DNA of 64,000 nt from Callorhinchus milii (Eukaryota). The notes under the pieces were generated by a model. It had not been told where the DNA came from. It did not search any database and worked only from the letters and a program-made list of their open reading frames with translations. Positions within the stretch are counted from its first letter, which is position 1; every line of letters begins with the position of its first letter. Where the stretch lies: NCBI RefSeq assembly GCF_018977255.1, contig NW_024704767.1:7068001-7132000 (forward strand), read 5' to 3'. Both the position numbers and the translations under genes were made by a program. Positions 13,701-25,300 of this stretch are shown piece after piece.

Positions 13701-16444
13701 CTAGTCAGAGTATCAATGCTTCTGGCATAGGAAGAAGAATCAGCCAGGTTTCCCCACTCCTGATTTTCATCCATTGATTGCTGAAAGTGCACATATGTGA
13801 ACACCAAGTGATGGCAGACTTAAGCTCAATTGTGAGTTCCCACAGTCAAATTGCCTGCTGCCACTTACTGTCCAATCTCACACATAAAGAACAGTCACTT
13901 GGGAATACTGCGGAACCAGGATCAACATGAGTCAGCACCTTCAAGAGAGTGAGGTAGAAAGTTGGGTGGAAAAAGATAAGCATCTTTTTTTCAACTTAGT
14001 GAATAGCACTGACCTACAGATCACTGTGAAATGTTTAATATTAAAACATGTCATGAAAACATGTGAAAAGAACGTATATTTCCAAACAGCATTGCAGTGA
14101 AATTTGATTGTACTGAGTGACTTAGGAAACTACATTGAAAGTAGCAACACAATTTTGTAGGCTGAATGTGTGACAGTTCATTGATAAAAACTGCTGGCAA
14201 GCTCTTGGCTGAGGCTGCAAAAGGACCAAATTGACCAAGTGTCATTACACAGGTATTAATCTCAATAAATAATTTTGGTTTTGCATTAACTTGGAATCAG
14301 CAAGAGGAAGAATCTACTCAATAATGGTAGCGCGAAGGAAATGTCTTGTTCAAATAGAATCTGAGTTGGCAGATAATGAGCTCTGCCTTCCTCTGCAGTG
14401 TCTGCTGTGTACCAGACAGTTTTGTTACATAACTTGTAAAGCACTTGCTGCGAAATTACATGCCAAATATCATAAATCTTCACATAAAAATGTTAGGGAG
14501 AATGCCTTAGGAGAATAATCCTTATATTTGACATAGTGCCTTATTACATTGCTGAGATTTCTCAAAGCACAGAATATACCGTGAAGTAAATGGATTGTAT
14601 ATTTTGTAGGCGAAACTTAGCAGCCAATTGCGCACAGCAGTGTCCCACAGGCAGTCGCGGATTAAGTGACCACATTTTGGGGGGAGGGATTATTACCCCG
14701 GAAAGCAATCCGCCACCGATAAATATAATTGTTGCTGTGAAATACAACAACAAGATTAGGACGTTCCAAGGCGCTGGACAGAGATAACACAACTACTGTA
14801 TTCAGGTTCTGTATTGTGTACATTGAATTTTTGAGCCATTAACCCTTTTATGGGTTTTCTGTCTGGAATTCAAGAAATTAAAGAATAATTGATGAAAGTA
14901 AAGGTTTAAGGTATATTTTGGTGCACAATCATTGCACGCTTTGTTTGGTAATAGATAAACGCACAACAGACGTCTGCCACTGCAGATTTTAGACGTGGCA
15001 TTGCTGGATTCTCTACTGGATTAGAATGCACAGCGGCAAAGGCCCTTTTGGCTCTTTGATTCATGAAACACTATGAACTACAGTAACTCACAGGTTTGTG
15101 TCTCCTTGTTCCCTCAAAGTACTTAAATTGTTTATGTTGCAGTGTCACTTATCTCTCAGGTTCACAGTTCTTTTTATAATTTAGGCTGGTACTGAAGAAA
15201 ACCTTTATCAAATGCACTCCCTCCCTACCTGCTACATCTATTTAAATCCACGCTGGCTTCTGAGGATATCTACTTTACAAGATTATTGTTCTCCTTAGTA
15301 GTTTTTCTGCAATAGTAAAATGAGGATTCTTCATCCATATAGTAATAATCTGTTTATCCTTAAAGCACTGATTATTAAATTAGCCTCAAACGAAGATTCT
15401 GGGCTGATTGTCTTCCATTTGAAGAAACTGACACGAAATACAATACACCAAGAGGACATTTCAGCTTATGCAGGTTCCAATGTGTGCATTTTCTCAAAAA
15501 AATTGGATACACAGTAGACACAATGAGCATTTGGAAGCCGGTGTTGCTCAGATCAGTTTATATCCATCACTGGTTATACATAATTTGTGATTTCCTCTGA
15601 CCACAGTGTACCAGCACATCCACCCCACAGCCTTACTCCGTGTGTGGGGATCGCCTAAAGTAACCCACGGGTCAAAGACATTATTTCTAAGACATCATTT
15701 CGGGGGTCTAATGTTGCAGTACCGATTGCCTTTTTGCAGGATTTATGATCTGCCTTTCGGACGAGCTGTCAGAGCTGGAGGATTTATGAGACTGTCCAGA
15801 TAAAGTGTGAAACTTAATGTGTCAACTCGAGACTCACACTGGACCACTGGACGCTGCGTTGTTTGGGTCAAATTGTTCAGAATTTACAACAACATATGGG
15901 TTGGGTAAGAAAAGAGCTGTGATCTGACTCAGGGTATCATTACTCCTGTTCATTGCTTACGTTTTGCATCGATCCAACAAAAACAAATGCGGTTATTTCG
16001 GATTCCTCCACAGTTTCTTTTCGAAATGCCACACACCCACGATTTCATTTAGATTATTACAATTCATCTGAATGATCTCATAGATTTTTTTATTTAACCC
16101 CCCCCCCCCCCCCCCATACACACAGACACAAACTATCATTGCGAGAGTTTTAAAAAAAACATAAATTAGGGATAGCTTTTTACCAAAAATATTTGCCAAG
16201 TGTTCAGAGCTTTCCCCCACCCCCCCCCCCCCACCCCCCCAAAAAAAAGCGGTTGAGATCATGATGCATTTGCCCCATCGTTCACTGGTTGGAGCAAACC
16301 CCAGTCATCCCACCAAAGGTTCATTTAGTTCGTTTATCCTCAATTAACAGTAACATTGGGGCTCACTTTCCCCAAATGCAAACCCTTTCTTACCTGATAG
16401 GCGTCGAGCTGTTCATCAGTAAATATCGTCTGCTTATTACCCAT
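7709..16444 (-). CDS. CIB2: Calcium and integrin binding family member 2, first two coding exons; the gene continues beyond the left edge or later exons were not recognised
   Basis: Exon 16444-16394 (51 nt) reads ATG...[17 protein letters not shown] then donor GTAAGA. Exon 7743-7709 (35 nt) follows a CAG acceptor, reads DCTFFARKEILR, then donor GTGAGT. Peptides match the recalled CIB2 N-terminus ([29 protein letters not shown]), and the position upstream of IDH3A fits. Confidence 0.93.
11437..11570 (+). mobile_element. CR1-like LINE 3' end
   Basis: GGTATCAAGGGATATGGG...ATCAGCCACGATCTAATAGAATG...TGAATGGCCTACTTCTGTTCCTATGTTC resembles CR1-type 3' termini. Confidence 0.55.
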
Positions 16445-16449
16445 CTTAA

Positions 16450-17000
16450 ACGAGTAATATTCCTTGTGTGTAGATGCATCACATTAGAAGTTCCAGGCGT
16501 CCTTTCTACCTTATGCATTTAGGGCATGTATTCGGGGTGAACCCACGCAGTTCCCAACCCCGCATTGAATGTCCAAAGCTACGGCCACACACCGGACGGC
16601 ATCAGTTTGGTACAATTGTCTTGTCAGGAGGATGGATCCTCTTTCGCTGCCCCAGTGCCGCCCCCCCTCCACCCCCACCCCCACCCCACTCCCCACTCCC
16701 CACTCGCCACGGAATAGGCAGTGGACCCGGAGTTACATGTTGCACTTTCTTTAGCAGGATTTCCCTCCCCCCCTCCTCTCCTCTCCCCCTCCCCCTCCTC
16801 TCCCCCTCCCACTCCTCTCCCACTCCCGACCAAGCGAACGGACGATGGAGCCAAGAAACCCGTTTCAGCACCAGAAAGCCCCTTTGGTTGCTCTCGGTTC
16901 AGTCTCAAAACTGCTTGAGATCTCTCCTGCAGATGCAATCTGCAGCCGATAGCGGGCGCACTTTCACACACTTGGGTGGGTGGGTGGGTGGGGGTGGGGG
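16450..17000 (-). promoter_or_regulatory. Probable CIB2 5' UTR/promoter (GC- and CpG-enriched)
   Basis: Local rise in GC and CpG immediately upstream of the CIB2 ATG at 16444. The start site cannot be placed. Confidence 0.5.
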
Positions 17001-17551
17001 GTGGAAATTCTATGGGACAAGGTTCCCAACAATGCCCAACACATGATACGGCTCTGAAATCTAATCGAATACTAAAGAAGACTGTATGGGATAATAATAA
17101 TAATAATAAAAATAATAATAATAATAATTCTTGCATTTGATATAACGCCTTATTACGTTATTGAGACATCTCAAAGTGGTTCACAGACTGTATTGTAAGG
17201 TGAATTGACTGCGTATTTTGTGGGTGAAACGCTGTACATAGACTCCATCCCTGTGTCCTTCTGACTTGCGCCCTCCTTACCCTCGTTCAAGACACATCTC
17301 AAAACGTACCTCTTTTTGACTGTGCTTTTGGTCATCCTCACCGCCTGGCGCTACTTGAAAACAGAAGGGAGTCGGCCACAGAACAAATAATTGGTCACTC
17401 ACTCCATGGCTGTCTGTAGGACATTGTTGTGCGGAATTTGGCTGCTGAACTCGCCCACAAAATACACGGTCAAAAGAGGTACATTTTGAGATGTATCCAG
17501 ACACTGTGAAGCGCTTTGAGACGTCTCTATGACGTAATAGGCCACTATATA

Positions 17552-17890
17552 TGGAGTCCTGTAGCTCAGTGGTTAGAACACTCGCTTTGCAAGTGAGAGA
17601 CCCGAGTTCAATTCCAGGCAGGTCAGGGCGAAACCTTGGGCAAGTTTCCTTACTCCACACAGCGCCTAATAATAATCCTTCCAAAAAAACAAAAAAAAAC
17701 AATAATAAAAAAATTGGTCATTTTCAATCCGTATGACTGTTTGTGGGACATTGCTGTGCGCAATTGGCTGCTGCGTTCGCCCACAAATATACAGTCAATT
17801 CACTTTACAGTGTGTTCTGTGAAGCGCTTTGGGACGTCCTCCCGACGTGAAAAGCGCTATATCAAATGCAAGGATTATTATTATTATTAT
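17552..17890 (+). mobile_element. Full-length tRNA-Ala-derived SINE, short subfamily
   Basis: tRNA-like head GGAGTCCTGTAGCTCAGTGGTTAGA...TTTGCAA...GTTCAATTCC (A and B boxes), a shared body, and a LINE2-like tail GTGAAGCGCTTTGGGACGTCCTCCCGACGTGAAAAGCGCTATATCAAATGCAAGG(ATT)n. Near-identical to other copies in the window. Confidence 0.9.
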
Positions 17891-18979
17891 ATCAAATGCA
17901 AGAATGGGCAGGAGAATGCTACAATTGGCTTTTGTGTCCCCTAACTGGGGGAGATGTGAAATAGCCAGGCGGAGACACCTAATTTTGAAGTTTGGAAGAG
18001 TCTGAGAGAGGAGCAGTTTTGGGGGGGCATGTCCCAGTAAGAAGTACCCTCAATACAAGTGCCCTGTGAGTTTCATAATGTTATCATTTTCAGTTGTTGT
18101 CCTTCAATTGTTTATCAACTCTGCACTCGTTACATTAACCTCCACTTTACATTTTGTTGTGAAAGAGCAAACATGTCAAAATAAAATTGCCAAATTACAA
18201 AATGTGATCAAAACAGTATCAAACAAACAAACAAACAGACAGACAGACATACACCACACACTAGGTATTTTGAGGGAGATTTACTCATTTCAACAACATA
18301 GCGTGTTTTGGTACATCTCAGTCTGAAACGGTAAACAGAAAACATGCCTCTTGCTATCCACTTTCCTGTGCATATTAATACATATATAGAGATAGAAGTA
18401 GATGTGGAAATTAATTTCTAATTGTCTGTTTTTTACCTTAAAGTTCACCCCCTCCTCAACATCCTGACATTGACAACTCTTAAGCGTCCATTGCACCAAA
18501 AAATTATTATTATTTTTTGGTCAGCCGGGTGCCTGACACCCGCCGAAGCGCATCACCGGGCTTAAAGGGTGCGCAAACCGAGCCAGGAATTCCCCGGCGT
18601 TCCCACCTACGCGTGGAAATCCCAGAGACAGATGGCTGTCAGATGGATGGATTTGCGGACCCTTTCCCTGGGAGGGACGCACCCTGCTTATCTAAAGCCA
18701 GAAGGCATTCGGCGCAGGTTGGCGAGAGCCAAGACCCCCGAGCGGGCGTTGTGGGCTCTAACCAGATACAATATAGCTGCGCGTCCAGCTCGGACCAACC
18801 CCCCCCCACACCCACACCCACACCCGTTAGGGCTTTGGCTGTCAGGGTTAGCAGGGGGTGACCCCCCCCCCCTGCCAGGCAACCAACCAGTCCAGCAACA
18901 CTGACTGCCAGACCAGCTTTGGTGCCCCCACCTGTCGTGAAGCCCGGCTTTTGCGACACTGCAACTGACCCTCGGTTGT

Positions 18980-19375
18980 GGTGGGTGGGGGGGGGGGCGG
19001 GTTTCGTTATACGGCAGAAGGTCGAGGGGAGAGGAGGGAGCAAATGGCGACGTCGTCCCAGTAACCGCACAACAACAACAACAACAGAAGGAGGGGGTGG
19101 GGAGAGCGGGCGCTTCTGGTGGCTCTCCTCCTCCTCCTCCTCCTCCCACAACGAGGAAGTCCCTTCCCGAGTCAGAGTGAATGTCAGTCGGTGTGTCTGC
19201 CCGAGAGACCCCGCGGTGACTCTCTCTCTCTCTGGACCCGGGGGTGGGGGTGTGTGGGGGTGTGGGGGTGTGTGTGGGGGGTGTGTGGGGGGGTGTGTGT
19301 GGGTGGGGGGGGGGAGGTCTCGCCGTGACCATGATCTGATGGTATTTATAAATAAACCGCACAGAGGCTGCGGGG
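18980..19375 (+). promoter_or_regulatory. LRRC61 CpG-rich promoter/5' UTR with YY1-like and RFX X-box-like sites
   Basis: CpG-rich stretch before the first coding exon: GC box near 18995, AAATGGCG at 19042-19049, GTCGTCCCAGTAAC at 19052-19065 (one mismatch to GTNRCCNNRGYAAC). Confidence 0.55.
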
Positions 19376-22300
19376 ATGGCAGCCAAGGATAATAAACATG
19401 GTGAGGGCTGCCGACTGTGGGGGGGGGGGGTTGTGGTGGTGTGGGGGGGAGGTGGTGGTGGTGGGGGGGGGTGGTGGTGGGGGGGGTTGTGGTGTGGTGG
19501 TGGTGTGGGGGGGGAGGTGGTGGTGTGGGGGGGGGGTGTGGTGGTGTGGGGGGGGGGGGTGGTGGTGGTGTGTGGGGGGGGGGGGTGGTGGTGTGGGGGG
19601 GGGAGGTGGTGGTGGTGTGGGGGGGGGAGGTGGTGGTGGTGTGGGGGGGGGGGAGGTGGTGGTGGTGTGGGGGGGGGGAGGTTGTGGTGGTGGTAGTGTG
19701 TGGGGGGGGAGGTGGTGGTGGTGTGGGGGGGGGAGGTGGTGGTGGTGTGGGGGGGGGAGGTGGTGGTGGTGTGGGGGGGGGAGGTGGTGGTGGTGTGGGG
19801 GGGGGGGTGGTGGTGTGGGGGGGGAGGTGGTGGTGGTGTGGGGGGGGGGAGGTGTGGTGGTGGTGTGGGGGGGGGGTGGTGGTGGTGTGAGGTGGTGGTG
19901 TGGGGGGTGGTGGTGGTGTGGGGGGGGGGGGGGGGGGGGGGGGGGTGGGGTGGTGGTGGGGGGGAGGTGGTGGTGGGGGGGGAGGTGGTGGTAGTGGGGG
20001 GGGGGGGGAGAGATGGGGTCGGTGACAGTCTCTGACAGGCAGAGATGTAGCTGAGAGTGTGTGGGGGTTGTCAGCTGAACCTCCTGTTATCCACCTCCTC
20101 CCTGTGAGTGTGTAGCGCACAGCAAACCCTTTCCACTCTCTTATTTCAGCCATGACCTGGCTTTCATCCCCCTCCCCCCACACCTTTCTTTCTCCACCAT
20201 CCTTCCTTCCTTCCTTTTTCCACCCTTTCCTTCCCCCGCCCCCCCCCCTTCCCCTCTCTGTACAATGTGTGTTCATTCATTTTTGTTTGGTTTTTGTGTG
20301 GTTTTTTTTAATGGAGCCAGAAAAAGAAAATGTCAAAATCACAGCCGAACTGCTCAAGTCACGCACTGGGGAATTCGACCTGGAATCCATCCTGTTCCTC
20401 AAACTAAATAATCTCAGTGAGTAAAGTATATCGTTGCTGCATCGTACTGTGAGCTAATTAAGCAGGTGTGGGGGGGGGGGTTATTTTTTTAGGGCTCTGG
20501 GTTGCTATCAAGTGACAGTTTCTGAGTAAATGTAACAGTGAGATTGCACCTCCTTGTTTCTACCTTTGTCACCTGTTTCATATATATATATATATATATA
20601 TAAAAAGAGCAGATGCTCTCATTGCCATCAACGTAAAAAGCGCTATATCAAATGCAAGGATTATTATTATAACTGCAATCGACACTAATGTAAATAATGT
20701 AAAAACATTTTGTCTCAGTGTTTGAGTCTGTTTCACACCGTGTCTTTTTTGTGTGTGTGTGTGTGCTCAAACACTTCAGATCTGCCAGCGATGGCACTTT
20801 TGGGTCTAATCCCATTTCTCACCATTTCTCCACATTTCTTACCGTTACTTCCCACTCCCCACCCAAATTGCGGTTAAATATCTCAATTAATTCTTCGCTG
20901 CAGCCTTTCTAGAGCAGTGTATTGTTTCCATCTTCTCACATTGCTTTGTGTGAAGACATTTCCTGCATTTACTTAAAGTTGGCTTGAACTCTAGTTTTAA
21001 GATTCTGTCTACAATTGTAAAAAAAATATCATTTTAATTTAGGAGTTGTGCTTTGAAAATAAAGCAGCCAAATGTACAGTACCAAATACAGAACCAAATT
21101 CATTTCCAGGATTTTCTGAAAATGCAGAAACTATAATTACACAATGTTTTATCGCTACTGTTATTCTACAGGAATCTGCAATCTTGGCTGCATTGGAGAA
21201 TGTGTAAACCTGGAGAGGTTGGATCTATCAGGGAATGAAATCTCAAACCTGGCTCCTCTGGCATCACTAAAACTTCTTACAGTACTCAACTTGTCAGCCA
21301 ATAGGATCATAAATCTTGGTAAGGTGACTTTCTTGATTTGGTCTCAATAAATAGTTAAGGAATGGATCTATCTTAAAGATAATGAGATTGTAATTTTTTT
21401 AAAATAGTAATATATACAGATAGAAATCTCGGCAGGATCAGAACATTTAACCCACCGATGCAATTTCCTTCAATATATCAATGCTATCTAATAACCCTAA
21501 ATACTTCTAGTTGACGAGAACTTAAGCAGTTTCTTTTTGAAACTTTGTGTAGATTCTCGATCCTAGCAAGCTTGTTCCTCTCTTATCAAAAAAAGGTCTC
21601 CTACATTTCCTCTTCTCTTTTCTTGTTCTTATTTTTTTAAAACTATAGTGATTAATGCAAGTTACCCTAACATTGTAAACGTGTGTTTTCATTCACATCT
21701 AAGAGGAAATTTTGTATGTAGAAGAGTCCACTTATATACCAGATATATTTCTCCCAACTTCTCCCAAGGCACCATAATGTAAATTTGTAGTGTACTGCAT
21801 GAGCAGTGAGTAATGGATCTTATGCAATTTATGTGGCCAATCAAATACTTTGTGACATCAGATACATGGGCTACGGTTTATTTTTGTATATGTGAGGTAA
21901 TAATCTGACCAGAAATACTGTCTCTAAAAAGTACGATGCAGAAGTGTCAACTACATTGCACCAACTGCCTTTCAGCATTCTGGAGTGAACAGTACAAAAC
22001 AAAAAACATCTATACAACTCCATCTAAGAAATCTAAGAAAAAGAGCATTTGTATTGTACAAAGGAACAGCGAGCAGACAGGATAGGTCAGGCATAATGTC
22101 TCTTTTATTGGCTTTTATGGCTTTTTTATGGCTCTGGAACTCTATCCCCCAGTGCCTTCGCCTTGCTTCCTCCCTTTCCTCCTTCAAGGCCGGTCTCAAA
22201 ACCTTTCTCTTTGACCGTGCCTTCAGCTCCCCTCTCGACTCTCTTCCCCCTCCTCGCTCCCTCCCTTCCCTCCCCTCACCCTGACCATTTCCCCCCTGCT

Positions 22301-25300
22301 CGGGTCATGACCCAACTGTGCAGCGCCTTGGGACGTCCTCCTGACGTGAAAGGCGCTTTATAAATGGAATCTTGTTGTTGTTGTTGTTGTTGTTATTCTA
22401 CGAAATAAGTGCCAGTTCAATGTTGTTTCCACATTGAATCAACCCTAAATGTTGAGCATAATAATAATCTTGTTTTTCATATCGCGTGCTTCACGTCTTC
22501 TACACGTCTCAAAGCGCGTCACAGAATATACTGTAAAGTGAATTGACTGTATTTGTGGGCGAAATGCAGCAGCCAATTTTGCACAGCAATATCCCACAAA
22601 CAGTCGTGGATTGAGTGACCAAATTATTATTGTTGTTTTAAGGATTATTATCCCTGGATAAGTGATCCACCAATCAACTAACAACCGGGTTCTTACTTAC
22701 TGCTAGGTAAAAAGAGGAGTGTGGAGTAAGGAAACTTTCCTAACATTTCGCCTTGCCGGGAATCGAACCCAGGTCTCTCGTTTGTGAGGCGAATGCTCTA
22801 ACCGCTAAAATAAATCATTTTATGGCAGCACCAATTTGAGATTTAAGTCATACACTTGAGTTCACCTTCAGGAAATGATTTTAGATTCACAATTCAAGTT
22901 GATAGTATAAATTCAGTTTTATACTGAATTTATCAAATTATCAGGCCATCAAATTCCTGGATGGCCTGTTATTGGGTGGGCTAGTTGCACTTTTTACATA
23001 ATTCAGTGATGTTCTGGGCTGGTTAACTGAGTTCTGCTAATGCAAATTATATGCCACATCAGATTACAAATTCATTGTAATACTTTGATTTCAGTCCACT
23101 ACTGGAACTATGGCACACCACATCTGCAATATAAAAGGGACATAAAGAAGTCAGTCCAGGAAACCTTTCAAAGCAATTCATTGGGCTGAATGATGTAATT
23201 CCAGAAGAGTCATTTAAAACCAAATAAGGAGAGTAAGATGGACATTTGTGATTTAGAGTTGCTTCTGCAGCGGTTCCAGAAATTGAAGGACCCAGCTGGG
23301 ATCAAATATTGTAGCATCTGTTTATTCAGGCTGTATGACCGCCATTCTTGAAGGGCAAATTGATCATGTCTGGGATCGGAACAGATGTCTCCCAAACTCG
23401 TTTAGTGGAGTGAGCTGAAAACACTGTCTCTTGTTGGTCATGTTATTTCCAGCAACTGAACTTCATTTAATAACTGCTATTGCTCTTAGTCACCCCATTG
23501 AGGAATAGCTGCAGGAGTTGACCAAGTAGGGAGAATAATTCATTTGTGCTCCTGCTATAGCAGCTATAGAGTATTGATTACTCTTAAATTTTGACCATGA
23601 TTCTGCAAAATGGGACATTTGTGCTAAGATTTAGAATTTCATCAAGAAAATTAGCAGCTGGCTTTGGGGGCTAGCTGCCAATTCGGGGCCTGCTAACATG
23701 CATTCAGACAAAAGACTAGGTGTTTTGCACATTGTCTTTTTGAAAGTTCAGGTTAATGAATGTGACTGCCTTTGTTTTGTGAATGTTGAAGTAGTGATAT
23801 CTCAAATTACTGGGAGATTGTTATTGATACTTGGTTCATGAAACCAAGTCTTTGAGAACGTAAGGGATGGGAACACAAGCTGCTCATTAAAAGGTGCTAA
23901 AGAGTTTGCAATCCAGATCAGTTGTCAGAAAGTCATCCAACCTATCATTGAATTGTTTTTTGATGGGTATTATAAAGAAAGATCTATGTAATCTAGGTTA
24001 AAAAAAAGCTGTTTTACAGTGTCTGAATCTCTGGAGTTAGAATCTACTTATCAGGAAAGAAACTGATCTTAGTCAAATGCTGGTGTAATATAAAAAGAAT
24101 TGTTTCGTGATACATTTTGCATTTGCTGCTATGTTCCTTTCCAGTTCACTTTTGCCTCCCCATTTTTTAAAACTCTGTATAGAATTGTATGTATCCCAAT
24201 CTTTAGGTACTAACCAAGAACACAGATTTTACAATTTTGGCATACCTGTGAGTTTTGCACCTTTGACATTTGTACTGCCTTAGACTCTTTGTGATTTGGG
24301 AAAACAACCGGGATTCACAATTAGTAAATTATTTTCAAACAGAAGCTGGCACTGCAGCCATATATATCCCTGAATGAGGCACAAATTGACATTGTCTCAC
24401 TTCTCTCTACAGACCTTATAAATCTGGATTTTGTAGAAAAATTGTGTCACTGACACAAGTGCAAACAAAAACTTTGGTGTCTTTAACACATTTTAAGGCA
24501 TAAGTTCTAGATTTAATGTCAGTTCGTGTTTCATTCAGGGATATATATGGCTGCAGTGCCACCTTCTGTTTGAAAAGAATTTACTAATTATGAATCCTGG
24601 TTGTTTTCCCAAATTACTTAAGAGTGTAAGGCAGTACAAATGTCAAAGATGCAAAAGTCACAGGCGCACCAGAATTGTAAAATCTGTGTTTTTGGTCAGT
24701 TCCTAAAGATTCTGTGTCTTAAATGTTTTTTGTCATAGATCCTCTGAGCTCTTGTGAAAACCTGCAGAGCATCAACCTAGCAGGAAATCTAATCAGCAGG
24801 TAAAAGAACAGTTTTATACATATACTTCATATGCAGTTAGAAAGCATTTATACAGAATCTTGTAATATACAAGTCATAGACCTTGAAGTAGTGAAAATGT
24901 ATTACATGAATTCTGCTACGCGGCATATTTAAAAGAAAATTCTTTTGCTATTCTCTAGTGTTGATGCTCTTCGTTCACTAATTTATTTGAAGAATTTGGA
25001 GAGCATTCGATTGCAAGATAAAATCTGCAACTTCAGTAATCCAAGTAATTTTTTTTCAACTTTGCAAGTAATAACACGATTAGATAAGAATCTGTCTAAT
25101 TTCTGTTCTGTTACTAAGCTAAGTGTTATCGTTGTAAATGACAAACAACATTTTATTTTTATGGTCAAATTGCTGCAAATTAATGATGCTAGATTAGATA
25201 AAGCAATTAAATTAACCTGCACTGATGTCTATTGGTCAGATAATCCAGTGTATATATAATAATGCAGATGCTAAAATAACAATGTTTCTACCCTGACAAC

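Noticed and set aside
17552-17625. tRNA-Ala-like sequence, also at the heads of the other full-length SINE copies
   Set aside because: Each continues into SINE body and LINE2-like tail, so these are SINE heads rather than tRNA genes.
18639-20276. 545-aa proline/histidine-rich minus-strand ORF and the overlapping Gly/Val/Trp ORFs
   Set aside because: They are translations of the G-rich minisatellite and CpG-rich promoter; stop codons are absent for compositional reasons.
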